Of a DNA stretch of 64,000 bases, positions 36,390-45,026 are shown one piece after another. Position 1 is the stretch's first letter. Every line of letters begins with the position of its first letter. The notes under the pieces were generated by a model. The model was not told where the DNA came from. It saw only the letters and a program-made list of their open reading frames with translations, and ran no database searches. The stretch comes from Candidatus Onthomorpha sp. Lineage in GTDB: Bacteria > Bacteroidota > Bacteroidia > Bacteroidales > P3. The translations under genes and the position numbers were made by a program. The stretch lies in NCBI GenBank assembly GCA_045635365.1, contig JAZRCB010000039.1, forward strand, positions 65,986 to 129,985. Direction: 5' to 3'.

Positions 36390-37700
36390 ATGAAAAAAAT
36401 AGTCTTAATTTTAGTGTTTACATTATTTTCTATATCAAACTTAAACCTTAAAGCACAATATCATCATATTCCACCGCCAGATCCAAGTCAATACGATTTA
36501 CTTTATATTTTTGACACCACATATTTTTCTAATTGTTTTTCTACAAGTGATACTCATAGAACACGTATACCGGGTGTAACAGGACAATCACAACCTTATT
36601 CAGAAACTTATCAACAATGGAAATATTATGCTCCATACTATAATTTATGGTGCAATCCTTCTGCTCCTATTATTGAGGGTTATGTAATTGGTGCAAATTC
36701 TTATAATAATCAAATTTATGCAGAAGCATTTTCACAAGATTATTATTTGGATCAAACATCTATTCCTTATGATAATTACGTGATTGTTGGTGTTGCAATG
36801 AAAGTCGGTTATGAAGCTCTTGATACTTATAGAAATATTTGTATTTTAGATGACAACTTTGATACTATTTCTACTACAATATTCAATACTTTTAATGTAG
36901 GACCAAGTTTAGATTCTATTGTAAATTGGAACAGAGAAGATTGGAATACTTATTATTTTCCCGAAAGAGATTATGCAAATCTTACAAATTTAAATGGTTT
37001 TAAAATAGCATTTGATGTTCCTAAATATGCATCTCCTAGTTATTTTAGAATGCATCACACATGTAATGTTTATAGTCCTTGTTTAAGAGATTCTATTTTT
37101 GCTCACGGAGGACCGATTGAATGCGGACTTAATTATGATACAATTTACGTAGGAATGATGCCTTGGCCTCAATTGTATTATAATTGGAAAGATTCAATAA
37201 CAGGAGAATGGTATTCAGAAGATTTTCATCCTAATCATTATAGTTGCTATGATGCAGTTTATTTATATCAGGATTATATAAAAACTTTAGGTCCTGATGA
37301 TGTATTTCCTTTGTGTAGTTTCACTGATGAAAAACACCTAAGACGCAATGGAGAATGGATAAGATTTAATGATGACCCTGCTTATACTATTTGGCAAAAT
37401 ATTTATATCAATATGGTGCCTATTATTATGATTCCTTCTAATACGCAGTCTTTACCTGAAGTGGAATTAGAGAAGATGTGTTATCTTTTCCCTAATCCTA
37501 CTAGGGATTATTTCAAGGTGATGAGTCATTATACTATTAAGAGTATTCAAGTATATGATATAGTTGGAAAACTCGTCTTGGAAAGAAATGTAAATAACTT
37601 TGATGCGGGATTTGATGCAAGTGGTTTCTCTTCGGGTTCTTACATAGTAAAGATAAACACAGTGAAAGGTAGCGTTAAACGAAAGTTAATTGTGGAATAA
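36390..37700 (+). CDS. Secreted protein of unknown function with a T9SS C-terminal sorting domain (paralog of 49936-51288)
   Basis: 436 aa with a signal peptide. CTD: CYLFPNPTRDYFKV...VYDIVGKLV...SGSYIVKINTVKG. Conserved Cys-containing core: HTCNVYSPCLRDSI. Confidence 0.85.
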   Translation: MKKIVLILVFTLFSISNLNLKAQYHHIPPPDPSQYDLLYIFDTTYFSNCFSTSDTHRTRIPGVTGQSQPYSETYQQWKYYAPYYNLWCNPSAPIIEGYVIGANSYNNQIYAEAFSQDYYLDQTSIPYDNYVIVGVAMKVGYEALDTYRNICILDDNFDTISTTIFNTFNVGPSLDSIVNWNREDWNTYYFPERDYANLTNLNGFKIAFDVPKYASPSYFRMHHTCNVYSPCLRDSIFAHGGPIECGLNYDTIYVGMMPWPQLYYNWKDSITGEWYSEDFHPNHYSCYDAVYLYQDYIKTLGPDDVFPLCSFTDEKHLRRNGEWIRFNDDPAYTIWQNIYINMVPIIMIPSNTQSLPEVELEKMCYLFPNPTRDYFKVMSHYTIKSIQVYDIVGKLVLERNVNNFDAGFDASGFSSGSYIVKINTVKGSVKRKLIVE

Positions 37701-37751
37701 AACAAAGAAAAAATAAATTTTTTCAAAGAAATAATTTATTAAAACAAAGAA
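37697..37751 (+). repeat. 55-nt phased CAAAGA repeat unit (copy B2), identical to 36250-36304
   Basis: Same 55-mer. CAAAGA at 37703, 37724, 37745 (and 37766). Nt 2-4 are the stop codon of the 436-aa gene. Confidence 0.9.
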
Positions 37752-37761
37752 TTATTTTCTC

Positions 37762-37803
37762 AAAGCAAAGAAAAATTTAGGTTTTTCTTTGCTTTATTTT
37801 TAT
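37762..37803 (+). terminator. Intrinsic terminator after the 436-aa cargo gene
   Basis: A 14-bp perfect stem, aaagcaaagaaaaa (37762-37775) pairing with tttttctttgcttt (37782-37795), is followed by atttttatt. Confidence 0.7.
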
Positions 37804-37811
37804 TACCTTTG
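37804..37811 (+). promoter_or_regulatory. Bacteroidota -7 promoter box (TACCTTTG)
   Basis: Matches TAnnTTTG, 17 nt upstream of ATG 37829. Confidence 0.45.
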
Positions 37812-37828
37812 CCAAAAATTATTCTTTT

Positions 37829-38200
37829 ATGAAAAAACACATTTTTATATTACTTACTTTATTCTGTTTTTGCATTACTTTATTTGCTGTACCTGCAGAA
37901 AGAAAACTTATAACTATCACTCAATCTAATGGAAAAGAGCTTTCTTATTGGTTAAAAGGAGATGAATTTCTTCGTTGGGCAGAAAGCATTGATGGATACT
38001 CTCTTTTACGCAATCAAGGAGGTGATTGGTGTTATGCTATTTTGAATGAAAAAGGAGAAATGGTAGCCTCAGATATTATTGCTTGCAATCCAGAAGAAAG
38101 AAATGTTGAGGAAGTAATTTTTTTAGAAAAAACAGATAAAAAACTCTTCTTTTCCGAAGAGCAACTGCAAATTATAAGAGAAAGACGTCTCAATCATTAA
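37829..38200 (+). CDS. Small secreted hypothetical protein (123 aa); possibly a stand-alone N-terminal module of a larger protease-type protein
   Basis: Signal peptide MKKHIFILLTLFCFCITLFA. The mature start VPAERKLITITQSNGKELSYWLKGDEFLRWAESIDGYSL resembles the N-terminal region of large Bacteroidota secreted metalloproteases (from memory). Confidence 0.55.
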   Translation: MKKHIFILLTLFCFCITLFAVPAERKLITITQSNGKELSYWLKGDEFLRWAESIDGYSLLRNQGGDWCYAILNEKGEMVASDIIACNPEERNVEEVIFLEKTDKKLFFSEEQLQIIRERRLNH

Positions 38201-38220
38201 GTTTATTTTGTTTTTTTTCG

Positions 38221-38228
38221 TAAATTTG
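38221..38228 (+). promoter_or_regulatory. Bacteroidota -7 promoter box (TAAATTTG)
   Basis: Matches TAnnTTTG and ends 7 nt before ATG 38236, so the leader would be very short. Confidence 0.35.
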
Positions 38229-38235
38229 CAGACTT

Positions 38236-40110
38236 ATGATAAATAACGAAGAATTAAATAAGAGTAATTATACCGAAGATAATATCAAATCTCTTGATTG
38301 GAACGAACATATAAGACTTCGTCCAGGTATGTATATTGGTAAACTTGGAGATGGAGCTTCTGCAGATGACGGAATTTATGTGTTACTAAAAGAGGTTATT
38401 GATAACTCTATTGATGAATTTGTAGCAGGTTATGGCAATATCATTGAAATAGATATTGATTTTCATACAAAAAAGGTAAGAGTAAGAGATTATGGTAGAG
38501 GTATTCCTTTGGAGAAAACCATAGATTGTGTTTCAAAAATGAATACCGGAGCAAAGTATGATTCAGAAACTTTCCAAAAATCTGTAGGTATGAATGGTGT
38601 AGGAACAAAGGCAGTTAATGCTTTAAGTTCTTACTTTAAGATTTCTTCTGTTAGAAATGGAAAAATAAAATCTGCTGAATTCTCTGGTGGAACTATTACA
38701 ACAGAGTATGACATTCAAGATACAGAAGAAAAGAATGGTACTTGCGTTGAATTTATCCCTGATAATGCTCCAAAGATTTTTGGTAATTACAACTATTTAG
38801 ATGAATATGTTGAGAAGATGGTTTGGAACTATGCCTACCTCAACAAAGGTCTTTCTTTAATTTATAATGGCAAAAAGATTCAATCAAAAAAAGGTTTGTT
38901 TGATTTGTTAAACAACAACCTTCAAGAAAATGAATCTCTTTACCCTATCATTCATCTTTCAGCAGGAAATTTTGAATTTGCTTTCACTCATTCTGATAAG
39001 GTATTCACCGAAGAGCATTATTCTTTTGTGAATGGACAACACACAACTCAAGGAGGAACTCACCAATCTGCCTTCCGGGAAGCAGTCGTTAAGGTTTTAA
39101 AAGATTTCTTTAAGAAAGACTATGACCCATCTGACATTCGTTCAGGATTGGTTGCTTCTATTAGTTTAAGAATTAATGAACCTGTTTTTGAATCTCAAAC
39201 AAAGACTAAATTAGGTTCTACAAATATGATGCCTGATGGCTCAGGTCAAGCTGTTAGAACATTTATTTTAGATGCTGTAAAAAGCACTCTTGATGACTAT
39301 TTGCACATTAACTCTGATGTTGCAGAATTGTTATTACAAAAAATAATTCGCAATGAGAAAGAGCGTAAGGGAATGCAAAATGTAAAAAAACTTGCAAAAG
39401 AAAGTGCAAAGAAGGTAAGCTTGACTAATAGAAAACTTAGAGATTGTAGAATACATTACAATAGTAAAGGCCCAAGACGTTTAGAATCCACTCTATTTAT
39501 CACAGAGGGAGATTCAGCTTCTGGTTCTATAACTAAAAGTAGAGATGTTAATACTCAAGCAGTCTTTTCTTTAAGAGGAAAGCCTCTTAACACTTATGGA
39601 GATAGCAAAGAGGTTGTTTATAAGAATGAGGAATTCAATCTTCTTCATAATGCTTTGAATATTGATGAAGATATGGATAACTTAAGATATAATAACATTG
39701 TAATTGCAACCGATGCTGATGTTGATGGTATGCACATTAGAATGTTGTTGATGACTTTCTTTTTAAAGTTTTTCCCTGATTTAGTAAAAGCAGGACACAT
39801 CTATATTCTTCAAACTCCTTTGTTCAGAGTTAGAAATAAGAAAGAAACATTATATTGCTATACTGAACAAGAAAGAGATGAAGCTACAAAGACTTTAAGA
39901 GGAGATGTTGAGATTACACGTTTTAAAGGGTTAGGGGAAATATCACCTGATGAGTTTCGTAATTTCATTGGTAAAGATATGAGATTAGACCCTATTATTT
40001 TGAATAAAGAATCTGGTGTAAGCTCTATTTTGGATTTCTTTATGGGTAAAAATACTCCTGAAAGACAAAACTATATTATTGAAAACTTACGTTATGAAGA
40101 TGTACAATAA
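38236..40110 (+). CDS. parE: DNA topoisomerase IV subunit B (type IIA topoisomerase ATPase subunit)
   Basis: 624 aa. LEAVRxRPGMYIG-type motif ([10 protein letters not shown]), [21 protein letters not shown], the TOPRIM motifs [11 protein letters not shown] and [12 protein letters not shown]. The length fits ParE rather than GyrB. Confidence 0.85.
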   Translation: MINNEELNKSNYTEDNIKSLDWNEHIRLRPGMYIGKLGDGASADDGIYVLLKEVIDNSIDEFVAGYGNIIEIDIDFHTKKVRVRDYGRGIPLEKTIDCVSKMNTGAKYDSETFQKSVGMNGVGTKAVNALSSYFKISSVRNGKIKSAEFSGGTITTEYDIQDTEEKNGTCVEFIPDNAPKIFGNYNYLDEYVEKMVWNYAYLNKGLSLIYNGKKIQSKKGLFDLLNNNLQENESLYPIIHLSAGNFEFAFTHSDKVFTEEHYSFVNGQHTTQGGTHQSAFREAVVKVLKDFFKKDYDPSDIRSGLVASISLRINEPVFESQTKTKLGSTNMMPDGSGQAVRTFILDAVKSTLDDYLHINSDVAELLLQKIIRNEKERKGMQNVKKLAKESAKKVSLTNRKLRDCRIHYNSKGPRRLESTLFITEGDSASGSITKSRDVNTQAVFSLRGKPLNTYGDSKEVVYKNEEFNLLHNALNIDEDMDNLRYNNIVIATDADVDGMHIRMLLMTFFLKFFPDLVKAGHIYILQTPLFRVRNKKETLYCYTEQERDEATKTLRGDVEITRFKGLGEISPDEFRNFIGKDMRLDPIILNKESGVSSILDFFMGKNTPERQNYIIENLRYEDVQ

Positions 40111-40132
40111 AGATAATTTTAGATTTAAGAAT

Positions 40133-40801
40133 ATGAAAAAAACAGCATTTTATCTTATTTTGGCTTTCATTTGTTTAGGACAAGTTGAAGTTTTTGCACA
40201 AAACGATGATGTAAAGCCTTGGACAGATGTAATTATTGATAATAGAGACCCTTCTCTTTGGACTTGGAACAAAAACAATTCTTCTCGTTTTAGCATTAGA
40301 GGAGATTTTGATGGAGATGGATTTTCAGAAAACTTATATGAAACAGCAACTTCTATCTTTTCAGATAATGATGAACTAACTCCATTGAAATTAGATGGAG
40401 ATTTAGGAGTATATTTCTTAGTTAATGAAGGAGATTTAGATGGAGATGGAGGAGATGAAATATCTTTCATGACAGTTTATCGTGATTTCTCTAACTTAAA
40501 TTATTTTAGAATTTGGACTTACACAGGTAATAAATGGAAAGAATTATTCTGTGTTCAAGTTCATGAATATGATTGTCCTAACTACAAGGCTTCAAAACAA
40601 GATGAAATGTTTACTCATCAATGGAAAAGAAAAAATGGTTATAACTTAAACAAAACCGTTTTGAAATTACATGATGGAGTTGTAGATATTATAGGAATAC
40701 ACCCTAACGAAAGATATGCTATTGAACACATAAAACTTGTAGGAAAAACTTTTACAAAAAGAGAGTGGGGAACTATCATCCAACCAAGAACAGATTACTA
40801 G
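40133..40801 (+). CDS. Secreted hypothetical protein with FG-GAP/calcium-binding-like DxDGDG motifs
   Basis: Start moved to ATG 40133 (MKKTAFYLILAFICLGQVEVFAQ). Motifs GDFDGDGFSE and GDLDGDGGDEISF. Confidence 0.6.
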   Translation: MKKTAFYLILAFICLGQVEVFAQNDDVKPWTDVIIDNRDPSLWTWNKNNSSRFSIRGDFDGDGFSENLYETATSIFSDNDELTPLKLDGDLGVYFLVNEGDLDGDGGDEISFMTVYRDFSNLNYFRIWTYTGNKWKELFCVQVHEYDCPNYKASKQDEMFTHQWKRKNGYNLNKTVLKLHDGVVDIIGIHPNERYAIEHIKLVGKTFTKREWGTIIQPRTDY

Positions 40802-40810
40802 TTTTTTAGT

Positions 40811-41545
40811 ATGAAAAAAGCTATCATAATTGGAGCAAGCTCTGGTATTGGAGAAGAAGTAGCAAAATTACTTCTACAAGAAGGTTGGTCAGTTGGTATT
40901 GCAGCAAGGAGACTTGAACGTTTAAAAAACGTTCAAGATAAATTTGGAGAAGATAGAGTAAAAATAATTGATTTAGATGTTAAAAAGGAAGATGCTGCTT
41001 CAAAATTAGAAAAGTTAATTCTTGATTTAGGAGGAATGGATTTATATTTCCATGCATCAGGAATTGGTTTTCAAAATGTAGATTTAGCCTCTGAGGTAGA
41101 GATTGACATAGCCAAAACAAATTCTGAAGGATTTATTCGTTTAGTTACTTATGCTTTTAATTGGTTTTGCAACAACAATAAGCAAGGACATATTGCTGTA
41201 ATTTCATCTATTGCTGGCACAAAAGGACTTGGAGTCTCTCCTGCTTATTCTGCTACAAAGGCTATGCAAAACACCTACATACAATCTCTTTGTCAGCTAT
41301 CTAAAATAAGAAAAGCTAATATAAAATTTACAGATATTCGCCCTGGATTTGTAGAAACAGATTTACTTAATAAAGAAAAACACTACCCTTTGATGATGAA
41401 AAAAGAGAAAGCTGCAAAAAGCATTATCAAGGGATTGAAGCGAAAGAAAAGAATATTAATAATTGATTGGAAATTCCGATTAGTTGTTTTTGTTTGGAGA
41501 TTAATTCCAAATTGTATTTGGGAAAGAATAAGTGTTAAGAACTAA
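40811..41545 (+). CDS. Short-chain dehydrogenase/reductase (SDR)
   Basis: 244 aa. IIGASSGIGEE (TGxxxGxG-type), SSIAG, YSATKAM (YxxxK). Confidence 0.8.
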   Translation: MKKAIIIGASSGIGEEVAKLLLQEGWSVGIAARRLERLKNVQDKFGEDRVKIIDLDVKKEDAASKLEKLILDLGGMDLYFHASGIGFQNVDLASEVEIDIAKTNSEGFIRLVTYAFNWFCNNNKQGHIAVISSIAGTKGLGVSPAYSATKAMQNTYIQSLCQLSKIRKANIKFTDIRPGFVETDLLNKEKHYPLMMKKEKAAKSIIKGLKRKKRILIIDWKFRLVVFVWRLIPNCIWERISVKN

Positions 41546-41552
41546 AATAAAG

Positions 41553-41592
41553 AAGCGTCACAATTTTTAAAATTATGACGCTTTTATTTTTT
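41553..41592. terminator. Bidirectional hairpin terminator between the SDR gene and lpxA
   Basis: aagcgtca (41553-41560) pairs with tgacgctt (41576-41583), with inner A/T pairs. It is flanked by A- and T-runs. Confidence 0.6.
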
Positions 41593-41605
41593 GAAATATA
41601 TCTTC

Positions 41606-42388
41606 TTATCTAACCGAAGTAAAACCTTTCATAAGTCCTCTTTCTGCCTTTTCCATAAATGCTATTATTTCATCGCCTTCTGGAGATTGCGGAAGTTGTT
41701 TTATTTCTGCTAAAGCATTTGTATAAGTCAATCCACTTTGGAATACTACTCTATAAATACTTTGTATGTTATTGATTGTTTCTTTTGAATAACCTCTTCT
41801 TGTTAAACCAACAGAGTTCACTCCGCAATAAGAAACAGGGAATTTACCTCCTTTTACATAAGGTGGTATATCTTTATCTATTAAAGAACCTCCACTTAAA
41901 ATAACATGTTTTCCTATGCGACAGAATTGATGAACTGCACTTTGTCCTCCAATGATTGCAAAATCATCTACTTCAACATGACCTGCAAGTGTTGCACAGT
42001 TTGCTAAGATACAATTATTTCCTACAATACAATCATGTGCAATATGAGCATAAGCCATTATAAGATTGTTATTTCCTATAACTGTACGCTTATTAGCATT
42101 TGTTCCTCTATTGATAGTAACAAATTCTCTAATTATGTTGTTATCTCCTATTTCTGCAGTTGTATATTCTCCTTCAAATTTCAAATCTTGAGGAATTGCC
42201 GAAATACTTGCAGAAGGAAATATCTTACAGTTTTTACCAATTCTTGCACCTGGAAATATAGTAACGTGTGGTCCTATCCAACAATCATCACCTATTTCTA
42301 CGTCATCATATATAACCGCAAAAGGTTCTATTGTTACGTTCTTGCCTATCTTTGCATTAGGATGAACATAATACATTTGGTTGTTCAT
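41606..42388 (-). CDS. lpxA: Acyl-ACP--UDP-N-acetylglucosamine O-acyltransferase
   Basis: 260 aa with hexapeptide repeats. VHPNAKIGKNVTIEPFAVI, then the helical C-terminal domain typical of LpxA. Confidence 0.9.
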   Translation of the reverse strand: MNNQMYYVHPNAKIGKNVTIEPFAVIYDDVEIGDDCWIGPHVTIFPGARIGKNCKIFPSASISAIPQDLKFEGEYTTAEIGDNNIIREFVTINRGTNANKRTVIGNNNLIMAYAHIAHDCIVGNNCILANCATLAGHVEVDDFAIIGGQSAVHQFCRIGKHVILSGGSLIDKDIPPYVKGGKFPVSYCGVNSVGLTRRGYSKETINNIQSIYRVVFQSGLTYTNALAEIKQLPQSPEGDEIIAFMEKAERGLMKGFTSVR

Positions 42389-42392
42389 TTTT

Positions 42393-43781
42393 TTATTTTT
42401 TAGTTTTAGCTACTTGTGCCATTAGTTGAGCTTCTACAACTAATTTATTGCCAACGTATGCTTCACCTCTCATTTTTACGATTCCTCTTCTTATTGGTTC
42501 AGAAAGAGTAAGCTTTAATAATAGAGTATCACCTGGAACCACTTTATTTCTGAATTTAACTTCTTCAAATTTCATAAAATAAGTGCTGTAATTCTCTGGG
42601 TCTTCTATATCCTTTAATGCTAAAACTCCTCCTGTTTGTCCTAATGCTTCTACTATTAATACACCAGGCATAACAGGTTCTTCTGGGAAGTGACCATTAA
42701 AGAAGTCTTCATTACCTGTAACATTTTTCAATCCTATTACATAGTCTTCTCCTATTTCTATTACTTTATCTATAAGTAACATTGGGAATCTATGAGGCAA
42801 TAATCCTTTTATTGCTTTTATATCATATACAGGTTCTTTGTTTGGATCGTAAACTGGTATTCCTTTATTTTCTTCCATGATTGTCTTAATTTTTCTTGCT
42901 AATATATTATTTACTTTATGTCCTGGACGTCTTACAAAAAAACGAGCCTTCAAAGGTTTTCCGACAAGAGATATATCCCCTATAAAGTCTAATAATTTGT
43001 GACGTGCAGGTTCATTTTCAAAATTCTGCTTTACATTATTAAGTAATCCCTTCTCTACTTTTATTTCATCAGGATTCTTACCAAAAAGATTTGCTAAATG
43101 ATTTAATTGTTCTTTTTCTAAAACCTTATCTACAAATATAAGAGCATTATCTAAATCACCTCCTTTTATAAGATTAAGTTTTAGTAATTGCTCTATTTCA
43201 TCAAGAAAAACAAATGTACGACAATTAGAAAATCCTTCTTTAAACTCAGACAAATCTTTTAAATTTGCTTGTTGGCTTCCTATGATTCGTGGAGAAAAAT
43301 CTATATTCAAATCCACTTTAAAGCCATCGTATGGAACAGCAACTAACTCAATGTCATTTACTTCATCAACATAAGTCACCATCTCTTTAAGACAATAATA
43401 CTCTCTTGCTTTATCCAACTCTTGAACTCCACTATTTTCTATTGCTTGTAACCAATACTTTGAGCTTCCGTCAAGAATAGGAACTTCCTCTCCGTCTATT
43501 TCAATTAAAACATTATCTATTTGCTGAGAATACAAAGCTGCCATCAAGTGTTCTATAGTAGCAACTTTAGCTCCTTTGTTTTCAATGGTTGTACCTCTTG
43601 AAGTCTCTGTAACATCCTCTGCAACAGCTCTTACAATCGCTTCTTCTCCTAAATCAACCCTTTTAAAAACAATACCACTATCAGCAGTTGAAGGTAAAAT
43701 ATTTACTTCAACAAGTTTACCTGTATGAAGACCTTTACCCTTTATTGTTATCTTGTTTTTTATTGTAGTTTGTCTTTCCAT
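42393..43781 (-). CDS. lpxC: Bifunctional UDP-3-O-acyl-GlcNAc deacetylase / 3-hydroxyacyl-ACP dehydratase (LpxC-FabZ fusion)
   Basis: 462 aa. LpxC part (GKGLHTGK, TIEHLMAAL, HKLLDFIGD) fused to FabZ (LPHRFPMLLIDKV, GHFP..PVMPGVL). This fusion is characteristic of Bacteroidota. Confidence 0.9.
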   Translation of the reverse strand: MERQTTIKNKITIKGKGLHTGKLVEVNILPSTADSGIVFKRVDLGEEAIVRAVAEDVTETSRGTTIENKGAKVATIEHLMAALYSQQIDNVLIEIDGEEVPILDGSSKYWLQAIENSGVQELDKAREYYCLKEMVTYVDEVNDIELVAVPYDGFKVDLNIDFSPRIIGSQQANLKDLSEFKEGFSNCRTFVFLDEIEQLLKLNLIKGGDLDNALIFVDKVLEKEQLNHLANLFGKNPDEIKVEKGLLNNVKQNFENEPARHKLLDFIGDISLVGKPLKARFFVRRPGHKVNNILARKIKTIMEENKGIPVYDPNKEPVYDIKAIKGLLPHRFPMLLIDKVIEIGEDYVIGLKNVTGNEDFFNGHFPEEPVMPGVLIVEALGQTGGVLALKDIEDPENYSTYFMKFEEVKFRNKVVPGDTLLLKLTLSEPIRRGIVKMRGEAYVGNKLVVEAQLMAQVAKTKK

Positions 43782-43795
43782 AAGCTTTGAAAGTG

Positions 43796-43803
43796 CAAAG
43801 GTA
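43796..43803 (-). promoter_or_regulatory. Bacteroidota -7 promoter box (TACCTTTG on minus strand)
   Basis: CAAAGGTA on +. It lies 14 nt upstream of ATG 43781. Confidence 0.4.
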
Positions 43804-43840
43804 GAACTTTTTATTCAAACTAACAATCTTTATAAAAGAT

Positions 43841-43922
43841 AAATAAAACAAAGAATTAAAAAAATAAAACAAAGAAAGAGAAAATTAAATCAAAGAATTA
43901 AAAAATTAAAACAAAGAAAGAG
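43841..43922 (+). repeat. Phased 21-nt CAAAGA(A) direct-repeat array (copy D)
   Basis: CAAAGA at 43849, 43870, 43891 and 43912 (exact 21-nt spacing). It contains the 32-nt core shared with copies A and C. Confidence 0.85.
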
Positions 43923-43982
43923 TTTTTTTTCTTTTAGAGAGATTTTCATAAACAAAAGTTTAGGTAAGTTGATTTTTTTTTA

Positions 43983-43990
43983 TATCTTTG
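43983..43990 (+). promoter_or_regulatory. Bacteroidota -7 promoter box (TATCTTTG)
   Basis: Matches TAnnTTTG, 28 nt upstream of ATG 44019. Confidence 0.5.
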
Positions 43991-44018
43991 CAAACTCAAT
44001 TGTTCGTATTTTTAAAGT

Positions 44019-44456
44019 ATGAGAAAAAGAATTTTTACATTAATTTTATTAACAATAAGTTTTGTTTGCTCTTTTGCGCAAGAAGATGGCAAATCTCCAT
44101 ATCCATATTATATAGGTAAAGACTATGTAGTAGTAGGTGTAAGTGCAAAGACAACAGACAAAGAGTTATTTGAAATTAGACAAAACATACTAAAATACTC
44201 ATCAATACGCTTTAATGAATTTGATGTCATAAGAGGAGAAGATGGAAATATTTACTTCCTTTCTATGAAAATAGATTGCAGAGATGGATACTCAGCATAC
44301 ATCTCTCACTCCTTTGAAAAAGGCGACACAAGTGTACATGGCTTTATAAGAGATTACACAAAAACAAAATTCAATAGAGCATTTTACTATGGCGATTTAA
44401 CTAATGAAATCTCTGGAATAGAGAGAGTTAAACAAGCAATTGCAGAAAAAGAATAA
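44019..44456 (+). CDS. Small secreted hypothetical protein (145 aa)
   Basis: Signal peptide MRKRIFTLILLTISFVCSFAQ. No family recognised. Confidence 0.6.
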   Translation: MRKRIFTLILLTISFVCSFAQEDGKSPYPYYIGKDYVVVGVSAKTTDKELFEIRQNILKYSSIRFNEFDVIRGEDGNIYFLSMKIDCRDGYSAYISHSFEKGDTSVHGFIRDYTKTKFNRAFYYGDLTNEISGIERVKQAIAEKE

Positions 44457-44496
44457 ATTTTTTGATATAATATTAGGTTAAGAAGAAAAAAGTGTG

Positions 44497-44504
44497 TAAT
44501 TTTG
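44497..44504 (+). promoter_or_regulatory. Bacteroidota -7 promoter box (TAATTTTG)
   Basis: Matches TAnnTTTG, 23 nt upstream of ATG 44528. Confidence 0.5.
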
Positions 44505-44527
44505 CACACCCAAAAAAACGAATTAAG

Positions 44528-44716
44528 ATGGCAAAGAAAACCAAAGATGTAAGAGTACAAGTTATACTTGAGTGCACAGAGCACAAAGCTTCAGGAATGC
44601 CTGGAACATCTCGTTATGTTACAACAAAATCAAAAAAGAACACTCCTGAGCGTTTAGAATTAAAGAAATACAATCCTATATTAAAAAGGATGACCGTACA
44701 CAAAGAAATAAAATAA
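44528..44716 (+). CDS. rpmG: 50S ribosomal protein L33
   Basis: [20 protein letters not shown]...[34 protein letters not shown]. Start moved from 44492 to ATG 44528. Confidence 0.9.
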   Translation: MAKKTKDVRVQVILECTEHKASGMPGTSRYVTTKSKKNTPERLELKKYNPILKRMTVHKEIK

Positions 44717-44736
44717 AAAAATAGGAGTATAAGAAC

Positions 44737-44892
44737 ATGGCAAAGAAAGTAGTTGCAACCCTTAAAACCTCATCTGGTAAGGATTTTGCAAAAGTAATCA
44801 GAACAGTTCGTTCAGAAAAGACAGGTGCTTACACTTTCAAAGAAGAAATTGTTCCTTCTGATAGTGTAAAAGATTATCTTGCGAAGAAATAA
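44737..44892 (+). CDS. DUF4295-like small protein (51 aa)
   Basis: Below the ORF-track size cut-off. My translation: MAKKVVATLKTSSGKDFAKVIRTVRSEKTGAYTFKEEIVPSDSVKDYLAKK. In Bacteroidota a gene of this type conventionally follows rpmG. Confidence 0.7.
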   Translation: MAKKVVATLKTSSGKDFAKVIRTVRSEKTGAYTFKEEIVPSDSVKDYLAKK

Positions 44893-44955
44893 GACTTGAC
44901 ATTAAGTTAATGTGGATTTTCCACAGTTATTTTAGGTTATTGATTTTTAGTTAGA

Positions 44956-44998
44956 GGGAGTTGTTGTCTCAAAGCGAGAAGATAACAACGCCCTTTTT
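44956..44998 (+). terminator. Intrinsic terminator after rpmG/DUF4295
   Basis: gggagttgtt (44956-44965) pairs with aacaacgccc (44984-44993, one mismatch), with further inner pairs, then TTTTT. Confidence 0.65.
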
Positions 44999-45026
44999 GT
45001 ATAATTCATAAACACATTTTTATCTT

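Noticed and set aside
43841-43922. Whether the phased arrays are iterons or an origin of replication
   Set aside because: I saw no DnaA-box clusters (TTATCCACA-like) and no dnaA, rep or par genes nearby. There are seven dispersed copies, whereas an origin would be unique. I cannot exclude this formally without a genome-wide skew analysis.
44893-45026. A possible ncRNA or riboswitch in the 134-nt spacer before ftsY
   Set aside because: The only strong structure is a hairpin plus T-run (44956-44998), which is adequately explained as the rpmG/DUF4295 terminator. I recognised no conserved riboswitch core.
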